A stretch of 63,902 nt of DNA, the filler included, from an uncultured Methanosarcinales archaeon (GTDB lineage Archaea; Nanobdellota; Nanobdellia; Woesearchaeales; CAZOXR01): NCBI GenBank assembly GCA_964566535.1. It is 5 parts of 5 records of this genome, joined end to end, with 100 filler letters (N's around TTAATTAATTAA, not from the genome) between each part and the next. Parts side by side here need not be neighbours in the genome. Positions count along the whole stretch, not along the records: positions 1 to 20,737 come from CAZMIO010000002.1; 4 more parts are not named here. The stretch is one strand, 5' to 3'. Made by a program: the position numbers and the translations under genes. Positions 9,415-20,837 of this stretch are shown piece after piece; within the stretch, counting starts at the first letter, position 1, and every line of letters begins with the position of its first letter. The notes under the pieces were generated by a model. The model had not been told where the DNA came from and ran no database searches. It saw only the letters and a program-made list of their open reading frames with translations.

Positions 9415-12321
9415 ATGGAAGAAAATACTCAACAGAATAGTAAAGAAAGTAGTCCAAAACCTACTGAAAAAATCATCCCAAAATTAATTGAAGATGAGAT
9501 GAAACAGTCTTACATAGACTATGCTATGAGCGTTATAGTTAGCAGAGCACTACCTGATGTCAGAGACGGCTTAAAACCCGTTCACAGACGTGTTCTCTAC
9601 ACTATGTGGGAAACAGGCCTCCTACATAACAAACCATTCAAAAAATCAGCTAATGTAGTAGGTAACTGTATGGCTCGTTACCATCCACATGGTGATGCAG
9701 CAATATATGATACTTTAGTAAGGCTAACCCAAGACTTCTCATTAAGACATCCATTAATTCAGGGACAAGGTAATTTTGGTAGTATTGATGGAGATTCTGC
9801 AGCAGCTATGAGATATACTGAGGCACGCCTAAACAAACTTTCAGAAGAGATGCTCCAAGACATAGACAAAGATACAGTAAAATTTGTACCTAACTTTGAT
9901 GATAGCTCAAAAGAACCATCTGTTCTCCCATCAAAAGTTCCCAATCTATTAATCAACGGTACCTCTGGAATTGCAGTAGGTATGGCAACAAACATGCCCC
10001 CTCACAATATGGGCGAAGTAATAGATGCAGTAATCAAACAAATAGACAATCCGAAGATTACAATAGAACAATTGATGGAATCAATCAAAGGTCCAGACTT
10101 CCCAACAGGGGGAATAATCTGCGGGAGAAATGAAATCATAAATATGTACAAAACAGGTAGAGGCAAACTTAGGGTCAGAGCAAAAGCAGACCTAGAAGAA
10201 AAGAAGGACAAAAAGAAGATAATTATTTCTGCAATCCCTTACATGGTAAACAAATCAGAGCTTATCTCCCAAATAGCAGATCTAGTCAGAGACAAAAAAA
10301 TAATCGGAATCTCTGACCTTAGGGATGAATCCGATAGAGATGGAATGAGGATAGTCGTTGAACTAAAAAAAGATGCTAACCATGAAGTCATCCTAAACCT
10401 TCTTTTCAAACATTCAAGACTCCAGACAACTTTTGGAGTTATCATGCTGGCATTAGTAAACAACGAACCTAAAATCCTCAACCTAAAACAAATAATTCAA
10501 TATTATGTTGACCACAGAAAAGAAATCATAAAAAGAAGAACTGAATTTGAATTAAACAAAGCTAAGAAAAGAGCACATATTCTTGAAGGGATCATAGTAG
10601 CACTAAATAACATAGACCCAATTGTAAAATTAATCAAAGAATCAAAATCAGTTGAACAAGCAAAAACTTCCTTAACATCTAGCTTCACACTTTCAGTAGA
10701 ACAAGCTCAAGCAATCCTGGAGATGAGACTTCAAAGATTAACTAGCTTAGAGCAAGAAAAAGTAAAAAATGAACACAAAGAACTATTAAAATTAATAGAA
10801 AAATTAAAATCAATCTTGGCATCTAATCAAAAAATTCTAGATATCATAAAGAAAGAAATTCTCGAATTAAAAGAAAAATATGCAAATGAAAGAAGAACTC
10901 AAATTACCGAAGAAGTTACAGAATTAGATATGGAAGACTTAATCAAAGATGAAAAGATGGTAATAACCGTAACTCATTCTGGCTACATCAAAAGACAACC
11001 TCTAACAACCTACAAACAACAAAGAAGGGGGGGCCATGGGATGATAGCAACAGGTGTTAAGGAAGAAGACTTTGTCGAAAGCTTATTCGTTGCAAATACT
11101 CATTCACACATACTTTTCTTTACAAACAAAGGAAAAATATACTGGTTAAAAGTATACAATATCCCTGAAGGCGGAAGACAAACAATGGGTAAAGCAATTA
11201 TCAACTTACTTAGCCTAAGTAATGAAGAAAAAATAACTGCATTTGTACCAGTAAAACAATTTGATGACCAACATTACCTTATTATGGCCACAAAAAAAGG
11301 CACAATTAAAAAAACAAACTTATCAGCATACGGAAAGCCAAGAAGAGGGGGAATAATTGCAATAACACTAGATGATAACGACGAACTAGTCAACGTTTCT
11401 AAAACTGATGGTAATAGAGAAATAATGTTAGCAACAAAAAACGGACTTGCAATCAGATTTGAAGAAGAAGACGTAAGACCAACTGGACGTTCATCAAGAG
11501 GAGTAAGAGGAGCAACACTAAAGGAAAATGATGATATCATAGGCATGGTCATAGCAAGACCTGGAAAAACACTACTAACAATAACCCAAAACGGTTATGG
11601 TAAGAGAACGCAAATTGAAGAATACCGTTTGATTAACAGGGGAGGAAAAGGAGTTATTAACATCCTCTGTACAGAGAGAAACGGAAGCGTCTCAGCAATA
11701 AAATCAATAGCTGATGATGATGAGTTAATGTTTATCAGCCAAAAAGGCATCATCATAAGAACCCCTGCAAAAGATATCTCAGTAATCGGAAGATCAACAC
11801 AAGGCGTAAGATTGATGAAACTAGGGGAAGGAGATAAAATAGTAGCAGCTGCAAAGATAATAAAAGAAGACAACGGCAACATTGAAGAGAATGGAAATGG
11901 AAACAACCACAAAGAAGATTCAGATGAAGATAATGATGATGTAAAGAGTAATGAAGACAATAATGAACCTAAAGAAATAATCAAAGAAGATAGTAATGTC
12001 CCTGAACCCATTAAGGAAGAAAGTAATGATGAAAAAGTTAATGAAAACAATGATACTCCTAAGGAAGCAACTAAAGAAACTATCAACACTGAAGAAATCC
12101 TCAAAGAAGATTCAGATAAAGGAATAGTTAAAGAAAACGATAATAATCAAGAAAACAAGACTGATGAAACTAATAAAGAAGAGATTAAAACTGAAGAAAA
12201 GATAGCTGAAAAAATAGAAGAAATCAATAACGAACCTAAAGAGATAGTTAGAGACGACATCAATACTAACGATAATCCTAAAGAAGATTTAAATAAGGAA
12301 ACGTCTAAAGAGACTACATGA
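9415..12321 (+). CDS. gyrA: DNA gyrase subunit A
   Basis: [29 protein letters not shown], GyrA-box QRRGGHG, pinwheel repeats. Confidence 0.97.
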   Translation: MEENTQQNSKESSPKPTEKIIPKLIEDEMKQSYIDYAMSVIVSRALPDVRDGLKPVHRRVLYTMWETGLLHNKPFKKSANVVGNCMARYHPHGDAAIYDTLVRLTQDFSLRHPLIQGQGNFGSIDGDSAAAMRYTEARLNKLSEEMLQDIDKDTVKFVPNFDDSSKEPSVLPSKVPNLLINGTSGIAVGMATNMPPHNMGEVIDAVIKQIDNPKITIEQLMESIKGPDFPTGGIICGRNEIINMYKTGRGKLRVRAKADLEEKKDKKKIIISAIPYMVNKSELISQIADLVRDKKIIGISDLRDESDRDGMRIVVELKKDANHEVILNLLFKHSRLQTTFGVIMLALVNNEPKILNLKQIIQYYVDHRKEIIKRRTEFELNKAKKRAHILEGIIVALNNIDPIVKLIKESKSVEQAKTSLTSSFTLSVEQAQAILEMRLQRLTSLEQEKVKNEHKELLKLIEKLKSILASNQKILDIIKKEILELKEKYANERRTQITEEVTELDMEDLIKDEKMVITVTHSGYIKRQPLTTYKQQRRGGHGMIATGVKEEDFVESLFVANTHSHILFFTNKGKIYWLKVYNIPEGGRQTMGKAIINLLSLSNEEKITAFVPVKQFDDQHYLIMATKKGTIKKTNLSAYGKPRRGGIIAITLDDNDELVNVSKTDGNREIMLATKNGLAIRFEEEDVRPTGRSSRGVRGATLKENDDIIGMVIARPGKTLLTITQNGYGKRTQIEEYRLINRGGKGVINILCTERNGSVSAIKSIADDDELMFISQKGIIIRTPAKDISVIGRSTQGVRLMKLGEGDKIVAAAKIIKEDNGNIEENGNGNNHKEDSDEDNDDVKSNEDNNEPKEIIKEDSNVPEPIKEESNDEKVNENNDTPKEATKETINTEEILKEDSDKGIVKENDNNQENKTDETNKEEIKTEEKIAEKIEEINNEPKEIVRDDINTNDNPKEDLNKETSKETT

Positions 12322-13457
12322 AAGCACTAGCGATCACATCAAAAGGAATTGAAGATATTTCTGCAGATGAAATTAAAGAATTAATCAATGCAAAAACAGA
12401 GATTAAAGACTCATGCATAATATTTGAACCAAAGAAACTAGAAGACTTAGCTTTACTCTGCTACAAAGCACAATCAGTGGATAAGATCCTGTTCCTATTC
12501 AATCATTTCAATTTTAATGAAAAAGATTTACTCGATAAACTAGAAAAAGAAATCAAAAAATTAGATTTATCAGAATGGCTAGATAAAAATGCTACATTCA
12601 AAGTAGCATGTAGAAAAGTAAATGAAAGCCTCACCTCAGAAGAGCTCTGTGCAAAAACAGGAGAGATGATAATTAACAAGATAAAAAAAGAAAAAAATTA
12701 CAATCAGGAAGTAGACTTAAACAGTCCAGACGTAATTTTCTTCATCTACATCCATAAAGACGAATGCTACTTTGGGATTGACTTCTCTAGAATTGAATTA
12801 AACAAAAGAACATACCGTATATTCACACATCAATCATCCCTAAGGGGCACAATCGCCTATTCATTACTAAGAATAGCAGACTGTAAAGAAGACCAGACAA
12901 TAGTTGATCCATTTACAGGCTCAGGAACAATACCTATTGAAACAGCATTATACCTCTCAAAATTCCCAATAAATTACTATAGCAAAGACAAATTCGCATT
13001 CTTAAAGTTCAAAAAAATAAATTCAGAGAAAGTATTCCAAGAAGCAGACAAAAAAAGAAAAACAGACAAACTAAACCTCTACGGATACGACTCATTTTTA
13101 GGATACATAACCAACGCAAAGAAAAACGCAAAGATAGCAGGCACCCACAAACTAATAAACTTTGCAAGAATAGACGTAGAATGGCTAGACACCAAGTTTG
13201 AAAAAGAAACTATAGACAGAATCATAGCCCAACCCCCAAAGATAACAAACCTAAACAAGAAAGACATAGAAAAGGTCTACAACGAACTATTCTACCAAGC
13301 AGAATTCACCCTAAAGAAAGACGGCAAGATAGTCCTAATCTCAGAGACCATCGATTCACTGAAGAAATACGCAGAAAAGCACAAATTCAGAATAAAAGAA
13401 CAAAGACAAGTGTATTCTGGAAAAGCTCCGATGATTGTAGTAACATTCGAGCGTTAA
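12318..13457 (+). CDS. THUMP-domain RNA m2G methyltransferase (Trm14/RlmL-like)
   Basis: LNKRTYR, DPFTGSGTIPIE, QPP motif. Confidence 0.85.
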   Translation: MKALAITSKGIEDISADEIKELINAKTEIKDSCIIFEPKKLEDLALLCYKAQSVDKILFLFNHFNFNEKDLLDKLEKEIKKLDLSEWLDKNATFKVACRKVNESLTSEELCAKTGEMIINKIKKEKNYNQEVDLNSPDVIFFIYIHKDECYFGIDFSRIELNKRTYRIFTHQSSLRGTIAYSLLRIADCKEDQTIVDPFTGSGTIPIETALYLSKFPINYYSKDKFAFLKFKKINSEKVFQEADKKRKTDKLNLYGYDSFLGYITNAKKNAKIAGTHKLINFARIDVEWLDTKFEKETIDRIIAQPPKITNLNKKDIEKVYNELFYQAEFTLKKDGKIVLISETIDSLKKYAEKHKFRIKEQRQVYSGKAPMIVVTFER

Positions 13458-13487
13458 GTTTATATACCCAAAAAACCTCCTTTTTCT

Positions 13488-13898
13488 TAGCAGGGTTGGT
13501 ACTTAGCTAACGGTTCCACGTGACGTTAAATTTTCGCAAGAAAATTTATGGCGTTTCACTTGTTTGAACTGAGGAAAGTCCGCCCACTGAAGCCTTTGAT
13601 TCGCGGTTAAACTCCGAAATCATGGTGGAGCAGTCACTTACGGGAGTAAGATTCAGAAATGGATGGCAACCGCTCAGAAACGATACCACCTTTTAGGAGG
13701 ATGATGTGAGAGAAGTTCTTGGCAACAAGAATGAGTTAACCCACTGACGTTCTAAAAGGAAAGGATGAAACGGCGAGCCCTGACTTGTGCAAGTCAAATT
13801 TTACATGACGCATAGTCGAATGCTAAGACAACCTATCGACAAAATCATCTAGATTTTGTTTTGGGGTTGACAAAAGGCGGCTTATTCCAATCCTGCTA
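13488..13898 (+). ncRNA. rnpB: RNase P RNA (archaeal)
   Basis: P1 TAGCAGGGTTGG/CCAATCCTGCTA; GAGGAAAGTCC, CAGAAA, GATGAAACGG, ACAAAAGGCGGCTTA; TATA at ~13459; U-tract downstream. Confidence 0.93.
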
Positions 13899-14122
13899 CT
13901 TTTTTCTAACAAAAAACCTTTTAACCAACCTAGTTCTCAGCTCCTTCAAAGAACAAAAGCGCAAGAGGGTGGAGAACTTAAATAAGAAGAGATCAAGAGC
14001 ATTGTGCGTCTATTCTCCCCTTTTATTTTTTTAATGGATTTCCAATAAAATACCGAAAACTTTATCTATCAAAGCACTTTAATCAAACAAAAAAGGGAGG
14101 TGATTTGAAAAAGGTGAGCTAA

Positions 14123-15181
14123 TTGACTAAAAAAAACTCTAAAAAAGAAGATAAAAAAATAAATAACCTAATTCTTTTGATTGTTGTTGTACTAATTATT
14201 GGATATACATTATATATAAACAAAGACCTCTTAATTCCAAAGAACAAAGTCACTAAAACTATCATAATAAATAACGAAATAATAACTGCTAATGAAATAG
14301 AACAAGATTTCAATATAGCAAAGAAAATTAACGAAGATTTAACGTTAGATGAATTTATTGATCAAAAAATCACAGCAACATTACTACTCCAAGAAGCAAA
14401 AAAGGAAAATATAGAAATTAGTGAAACTGAATTAAACAAAGAAATCACTGAACTAATAACTTCATTCAACTCAGAGGAAGAGTTCTACGATGAATTAGAT
14501 AAAATAGGAACCTCACTAGCTGAACTTGAAACTCAAATAAAAAAACAAGTACTAATTGACAAACTGATAAATAACATAATAACTAAAAACATAGAAGTAT
14601 CAGAATCAGAAATATTGTTTTTCTATGAAGACAAAAAAGAAACACTTGAAAATGCACCTTTTGAAGAGGTAAAACCCCAAATTGAATTATTATTATTCTC
14701 AGAAAAAGAAAATATGGCCCTTGAAACGTACATAACTCAACTTAAATCAAAAGCCAACATAATCATCGGAGAAGAAACCAAAAAAACCAAAGTAAACTTA
14801 AATGAATTTAAGAATACAAATGAACCTCTATGTAATAAAGATGCAAAACCAATAATGAGATTATTCACAACAACTACGTGCCCTCAATGCAGTACTGCAA
14901 AAAAAGCATTCGATTCTACCGTTAAAAAATTAATTGAACAAGACAAAATAACCGCTTATCACTGGGAATTGGATATAGGGGACAATACATTAACAACCGA
15001 AATAGAAAAAGGTATCCCTAGGTCAGAAGTTGAACTTTTCAAGAAATTTAACAGCAAAAGCACAGTTCCAACATACATCATGGGATGTAAATATGTAAGA
15101 ATTGGAAATGCTTACGATATGGATTACATCCAGGGAGAATCAACTGAACTCACCAACATAATAACAGAAATAACTGTATAA
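14123..15181 (+). CDS. Membrane-anchored SurA-N-like plus thioredoxin-like protein
   Basis: TM helix, LLLQEAKKENIEIS helical domain, CPQC and TVPT. Confidence 0.75.
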   Translation: MTKKNSKKEDKKINNLILLIVVVLIIGYTLYINKDLLIPKNKVTKTIIINNEIITANEIEQDFNIAKKINEDLTLDEFIDQKITATLLLQEAKKENIEISETELNKEITELITSFNSEEEFYDELDKIGTSLAELETQIKKQVLIDKLINNIITKNIEVSESEILFFYEDKKETLENAPFEEVKPQIELLLFSEKENMALETYITQLKSKANIIIGEETKKTKVNLNEFKNTNEPLCNKDAKPIMRLFTTTTCPQCSTAKKAFDSTVKKLIEQDKITAYHWELDIGDNTLTTEIEKGIPRSEVELFKKFNSKSTVPTYIMGCKYVRIGNAYDMDYIQGESTELTNIITEITV

Positions 15182-15190
15182 GGTGCTCAA

Positions 15191-16525
15191 ATGGATAATG
15201 AACAAGAAATTAGAATAGAAGAAGAACTCAAATTCTTAAAAGAAAGCCTTGAATCAGGAATAATTAGCCAAGAAGAATTCAACAGGGGAATTGAAGGAAT
15301 AGACAAAAAGAAAGAAGAGATTGAAAAAAAGGAAAAAGAAGAAACTAAACCCAAAGAGTCTCAAAAACCAGAAGAAGAAATTAAAGAAGAATCAATTGAA
15401 AACAATAAAGAAGAAAAACTTTCAAGTGAAAAAGACCCAGAAAAAACCGAAAGTCCAAAAAAAGAAGTCACCGAAGAAAAAATCACTGAAAAAGTAGAAC
15501 CTACAACAACAGAAGAAGAAACAAAAGTTAAAACACAAAGTACTCCAGATAAAGAAGAACCCAAGCCCAAAGAGTCTCAAAAACCAGAAGACGAAGTAAA
15601 TGACATAATCAATAATGAAGAACCAATAACTCCAAAAGAAAAACCAATTGAAGAAACACAGAGTACCTTAGATAAAGAAGAAATTAAAGAAAAAAAACCA
15701 TCTTGGACTAAATGGGCAAGACTAGTCGTTATGATCCTCCTAATTTATTTCCTATTCAAAAGTTTTACACCTACAGATGATCCAATAATCAAAGAACCGA
15801 TTATTGACACAAAACCAGAATGTATCAACGACAATGATTGCCTAATGGAAAATAAAATAGGCACATGCACTAATCCAAATACTCAAGACGCAAAATGCGA
15901 GTATACTAAAGCAATAACTACAAGCCTTACCATCATCAACAAAAATGACTGTCCAAGTTGTGATGCAGATAGGATGACTCAGATAATAAAGAGACTATTT
16001 CCTGGAGTCATAATAAAACATGTAGAATTCAACACTCAAGAAAGTTCAGATTTAATTACAGAACTAAACCTAAACTCAATCCCTTCTTATATTTTTGATA
16101 ATAGCATCAAAAGCACATCTAATTTCAACCAATTCAAGAGCGCATTAATACAAAAAGACAATAAATTCACAATAAAACCATCTGCTTCCGGAGCAAACTA
16201 TTATTTCACAAGACCAGAAGAAAAAAATAAACTAGAACTATTTGTAATCAACAACAACCCAGAAATAAACAAAAAAGTTGAAGACAATGTCAATGAAGTT
16301 ATATCTATCTTTAACGAAAAAATAAGCTATTCAAAAAGAATTATCTCTAACGATGAAAAAGACGAATTAGCTAGTGAACTAGGCATAACAAGCTTCCCAT
16401 CTTTTGTAATCAATAACCAATTAAAGTTTGGAGGTATCAGATCTCCTGAGATAATCAAAGAGAAATTCTGCGAATTAAATAATCTAGAAGAGTGTCAAGA
16501 AAAACTTAAAGAAAAAATAAATTAA
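15191..16525 (+). CDS. Membrane protein with charged linker and thioredoxin-like domains
   Basis: Glu/Lys-rich N-terminus, TM, CPSC, ITSFPSFVIN. Confidence 0.7.
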   Translation: MDNEQEIRIEEELKFLKESLESGIISQEEFNRGIEGIDKKKEEIEKKEKEETKPKESQKPEEEIKEESIENNKEEKLSSEKDPEKTESPKKEVTEEKITEKVEPTTTEEETKVKTQSTPDKEEPKPKESQKPEDEVNDIINNEEPITPKEKPIEETQSTLDKEEIKEKKPSWTKWARLVVMILLIYFLFKSFTPTDDPIIKEPIIDTKPECINDNDCLMENKIGTCTNPNTQDAKCEYTKAITTSLTIINKNDCPSCDADRMTQIIKRLFPGVIIKHVEFNTQESSDLITELNLNSIPSYIFDNSIKSTSNFNQFKSALIQKDNKFTIKPSASGANYYFTRPEEKNKLELFVINNNPEINKKVEDNVNEVISIFNEKISYSKRIISNDEKDELASELGITSFPSFVINNQLKFGGIRSPEIIKEKFCELNNLEECQEKLKEKIN

Positions 16526-16531
16526 AAAAAT

Positions 16532-18054
16532 CTACAAATCATTCACAGTCAATACTTCTATTCTTGTTTCAGTTGGTTTTATCCTAAGATCCATTGCAAC
16601 CAAGTAATCAACACTTGCTTTTTCTGCAATCCTTACAAGATCCCTATCAATTACACCATCAAAAACAATAGCATAGACATTATTGCTCAAACTTTTCATA
16701 GTTGTTTGAAGTTCACTAATTGGAACTTTCCCAAGAATGTTAAGTTTATCATCCAAGATATGCGCTCCCCTTGTCCCAATAAGGTCTTCTAACATGCCCT
16801 TAAAAACTTTTATTTCATCAGGAGTCGCTTTATTCCTAGGTGGAGCTTGTGGTGAATGATGCTGTGATTGCGAAGGCCGAACAAAAGGTCTCTGTTGTGC
16901 AGGTGCTGATGGCCTTTGTGCACTAGGTGCAGGTCTCTGTTGTGCAGGTGCTGATGGCCTTTGTGCACTAGGTGCAGGTCTCTGTNNNNNNNNNNNNNNN
17001 NNNNNNNNNNNNNNNNNNNNNNNNNNNNNNNNNNNNNNNNNNNNNNNNNNNNNNNNNNNNNNNNNNNNNNNNNNNNNNNNNNNNNTCTCTGTTGTGCAGG
17101 TGCTGATGGCCTTTGTGCACTAGGTGCAGGTCTCTGTTGTTGTGCAGGAGCTGAATTAGGAATAGGCTTATAGCCAGGCCTCTTTTGAGGAACATCAAGC
17201 CTATCAGGATCCTTACCTAACTCAAGGTTAGCCTGCTCTCCAGAAATCCTACTTCTCAAAGCTTTATGGATTTCTTTCTTTGTAATCTCTTCCACTTCCT
17301 TTCCATCAGGAGCAAAACTCACATAGTCAATATCGGCAACCTCTGATAATCCCTTTATGATTAATTTTCCACCTCGATCTCCATCCACAAAAGCAGTAAT
17401 TACCTTCTGCTTACTCAATTCAATAATTGTCTCAGGAACCGATGTACCATTCATAGCTATTGCATTTTTGAAACCATGTTTTAGCAAAGTAATCACATCC
17501 GCTCTTCCTTCAACAATAATAATTTCATCACTATCATCTATCGAAGGACCTGCAGGTAATCTGTCCTTGCCGTACTCTTCAATTTCCATCACTCTAACAG
17601 AATATGCTACTTCATCAGCTAATTCTTGAGAATCAGGCATTGTAGAATCCATCATGTCCTTTAATAGTTCCTTTGCTCTCCCAATAACAAAGTTTCTTTT
17701 ACTTACCCTTACATCTTCAATGTTACTAACTGCAATCTTTGCTGTACAAGGACCTATCCTTTGGATTATCTCTAAAGCTGCAGCAATTATTGAAGTCTCA
17801 GCCTTATCTAAACTTGAAGGTATAAGGATGGTACCTTTGGTTTTCCCTGTTCTGGTCTCCGCATTAACTTCAATTCTACCTATTTTTCCACTTCTTTGTA
17901 ACTCTCTTAATTCTAAATCTGATCCTAACAGCCCTTCTGTCTGGCCAAAAATAGCGCCTATAACATCTGGTCTATCAACAACTCCATCAATTTCAATAGT
18001 TGCATGAACAATGTACTTTGATGATACTGGACTTATCTTTCCCATATTTTCCAA
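16532..18054 (-). CDS. dnaG: Archaeal DnaG (TOPRIM); one gene spanning the N gap
   Basis: GAIFGQTEGLLG, IVEGRADV, DGDRGG; after the gap the repeat frame runs ..NKATPDEIKVFKGMLEDLIG into ORF 16532..16795. Confidence 0.92.
16887..17140 (-). repeat. 45-bp tandem repeat encoding QQRPAPSAQRPSAPA in the DnaG linker
   Basis: Identical units on both sides of the 100-N gap 16986-17085. Confidence 0.9.
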
Positions 18055-18423
18055 CTCCGTTTGTAGAAGAAGCTCAATTACTTAACTAACCATTGTACCC
18101 TTGGTAAATGAATGAATAGTGAGTGTAATATAGCCTCCTCCAATTAACTATTAACACAGAACAAGCTTTATAACTTATTAACATCCCTAGTTACTCTACA
18201 CATAAATTGATGAATGATGATATGATAAATTAAATGCTTGTTCTTATGTCGTATAAACCTAATAATCTTGTAGCCCGTAAACACTAACTCCCAAATTCAT
18301 TGCTTGAATATTATCGTCAACTCCAGTGGGTACTCTCGTGACGGGCCATACCACATATAGTGTTTAAGCTATATATGATATCTACTACTAAGAAATATGT
18401 TGTAGTTTAAAAATGTTATGTTT

Positions 18424-18497
18424 TGTCAAGAATCGCCAATAGCTTATCAAATTCAGGCGGTTCTTGAGCATGCTCAGAAATATGTATATTTCTGACA
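18424..18497. repeat. Double-hairpin element, copy D
   Basis: TGTCAAGAATCGCC..GGCGGTTCTTGAGCATGCTCAGAAATAT-GT-ATATTTCTGACA. Confidence 0.85.
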
Positions 18498-18507
18498 TAA
18501 CACAATT

Positions 18508-18634
18508 TGAATATAAAACCCCAGCAAAAACCCCGAAAGGCCCTTGCCAGGGAAAAAGAGGTGATTATAAGCTTTAATGAATATAAAACCCCGAGCAAAT
18601 GCCTTAAAAAGACATTTGCTGGGGAAAAGAGGTG
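18508..18634. repeat. Two 70-bp-period hairpin repeats
   Basis: TGAATATAAAACCCC..AGCAAA..TTGC..GGGAAAA(A)GAGGTG at 18508 and 18578. Confidence 0.75.
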
Positions 18635-18827
18635 TTTAGATGATTGTAACATATTAATGGTGCTCAAAAGCACAGTTAGAGGTAAGTAACCACCCCTCTT
18701 ATGTTACTATTGTATAGTACTACTAGTATATAAAGCTTTCGCTTTTGATACTATTTTCAAGTAAGAACATATCCCTAATTAGCAGTTTTTGACAACTTAT
18801 TTAAACCGCATTACCCTCAACTAGAGT

Positions 18828-19532
18828 ATGCCTACAAAAGCAAGAGAAAAGTTCAGAACTTGGGGTAATGTATTTGACAATTTCACTGAAAGAACCATTT
18901 TCAAGCTAATTAGCGAAGGCTATTTTGATGGCCTCGAAAGCCCAATTTCAATAGGAAAAGAAGCAAATATCTTCTCAGCAACAGGGAAAAACGGCAGGGT
19001 AATGGTAAAAATATACCGACTAGAAGCCTGTGATTTCAACAAAATGTATGATTACATCAAATACGATCCAAGATATGCACATATTAAAAAAAGAAAGCGT
19101 GTAGTTATCCTACATTGGGTTCAAAGAGAGTATAGAAACCTATTAAAAGCAAGAGAAGCAAATGTCGTAGTCCCAACACCGATGAAATTCAAGAACAATG
19201 TATTAGTAATGGAATTCATTGGTAATGGGGAGATCGCACCAAGACTTAAAGATAAAAAACCAAAAAACCCCAAAGAATTCCTAAAAGAGATAATCATCAA
19301 CATTAAAAGAATGTACAAAGCAGACATGATACATGCTGATCTCTCTGCATTCAATATCTTAAATCTCAATGAAAGACCAGTCTTCATTGACTTTTCTCAA
19401 TGTAGCTCACTAAAACATCCAAGAGCTAGAGAATTCTTAGAAAGAGACATTAGAAATATTTGTACTTTCTTCACAAAACTTGGATTAAAGCCAAACGAAG
19501 AAAAGATAAAAAAACAAATAATTAAGGACTAG
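18828..19532 (+). CDS. rio1: RIO1-family protein kinase
   Basis: ISIGKEANIF, VKIYR, IHADLSAFNIL, IDFSQ. Confidence 0.93.
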   Translation: MPTKAREKFRTWGNVFDNFTERTIFKLISEGYFDGLESPISIGKEANIFSATGKNGRVMVKIYRLEACDFNKMYDYIKYDPRYAHIKKRKRVVILHWVQREYRNLLKAREANVVVPTPMKFKNNVLVMEFIGNGEIAPRLKDKKPKNPKEFLKEIIINIKRMYKADMIHADLSAFNILNLNERPVFIDFSQCSSLKHPRAREFLERDIRNICTFFTKLGLKPNEEKIKKQIIKD

Positions 19533-19788
19533 GCAAAACAGGTGGACTAATACCCCCATCAGAATCAAATATCCCATCTATATTTGTATCTGAAGGAACT
19601 TCTCCTCCACTTTCTTCACACTCACAACCACAACTACCTTCTTGATAACCATTTGGGCATTCCTTACCACAAACATAATTACAACAATCCCCTTCACCAG
19701 TATAGAGTCCAGTTTCACAAGTATTGTTAGTACAACCATATAAAAAGATAAGAACAACAAAAATAAAAAATAAGATTTTTTTCTTCAT
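19522..19788 (-). CDS. Small Cys-rich lipoprotein-like protein
   Basis: Signal with LYGC lipobox-like motif, multiple Cys. Confidence 0.7.
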   Translation of the reverse strand: MKKKILFFIFVVLIFLYGCTNNTCETGLYTGEGDCCNYVCGKECPNGYQEGSCGCECEESGGEVPSDTNIDGIFDSDGGISPPVLPSP

Positions 19789-19796
19789 TTTAACCC

Positions 19797-20737
19797 CTAA
19801 GGCATCGTTGGAGGCTCAATTGCAGTTATTGTAACCCCACCTAATCTACAATAGTCAGCTGACTTTACAATAATACCTTTATTAGCCTCAAAACCCCTAA
19901 AGACATACTCCTTATTTAACTTTTCCCATTCTTGCATTGGAGCATTCCACATATAGAGCTTCTCAAATTCACATTCTCCGATAATATCACCGAGATAACC
20001 ACCAACCATGTCCTCTGTTATTGGAATCAAATTCCAATTAGGACTTAGCTTCATTCCGTCAAATGATATCTCCCTATCAATATTCACCTTCAAAGCATGT
20101 TCTGAATAAGAATATACCCAGAATGCATTCGTTGCTAAGTATTCCCTAAACTCAGAACCTAAAATATTCTGAGCTTCCTTAATTGAAACGTACCTCTGTT
20201 CTTCCTTAAGGTAAACAAATCCTAGCAATTTCCTTGCCAAACTTGAATCGGATTCAAAACTAACTAATTTCCCAGGAAGGTTAATTAAGTTCCATCCCCT
20301 GTAAAGCTTAATCTCAACCCTTTCGCGAGGAAATTCCGGGGGTGTTTGTGGCTCTCTTGGTTTTATCCTAAGTACTGAATAAGCTGTATCCTGTACTTTA
20401 GGGTTTCCAGATTGCATTACCCTCACATTAAATTTATACTCTTTCTGATAATAGGGTAAAGGTATTTCAATAATCTCCCCTTCAATACTATCTTCTTCTA
20501 CATCATTCATTTCCTGAACCACATTTCCTGCAACTGCAGTAGTAATTGTAGGTCTCACCTCAACATTCCTTATAATGTTTCCTTTATCAACTTCATAAGG
20601 CCTTACAGTCAACGTAAATGAAGTTGACCTTCCTGCACCGACAAAAACTTTCTTTGGATAATCCTTAAAGAAAGGTAAGTTCCTAATAACTACATCATAC
20701 GTATATACTCTGTCTGCACAATCTTCTCCAGGCCTAC
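19797..20737 (-). CDS. Surface hypothetical protein, 5' truncated at contig edge
   Basis: Frame stays open to the contig end; repeated GWNLI/NWNLI motifs. Confidence 0.7.
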
Positions 20738-20837
20738 NNNNNNNNNNNNNNNNNNNNNNNNNNNNNNNNNNNNNNNNNNNNTTAATTAATTAANNNNNNN
20801 NNNNNNNNNNNNNNNNNNNNNNNNNNNNNNNNNNNNN
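20738..20837. other. Artificial contig linker
   Basis: N-run, TTAATTAATTAA, N-run. Confidence 0.97.

Noticed and set aside
9759..12104. Many Ser/Leu/Phe-rich antisense ORFs here and elsewhere
   Set aside because: They are shadows of Glu/Lys-rich sense genes
13930..14020. Hairpin-like sequence after rnpB
   Set aside because: Only a 7-bp stem (AGTTCTC/GAGAACT) and no recognisable RNA family
16532..18054. Apparent split or frameshifted dnaG and the His-rich RDLHLVHKGHQH repeat
   Set aside because: The 100-N gap shifts the frame; the true repeat frame joins the downstream ORF
18508..18634. Possible CRISPR mini-array
   Set aside because: Only two degenerate units, the variable part is a hairpin loop, and there are no cas genes
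18416..18689. ORFs 18416..18673 and 18507..18689
   Set aside because: They are translations of palindromic or repeat DNA with no protein features
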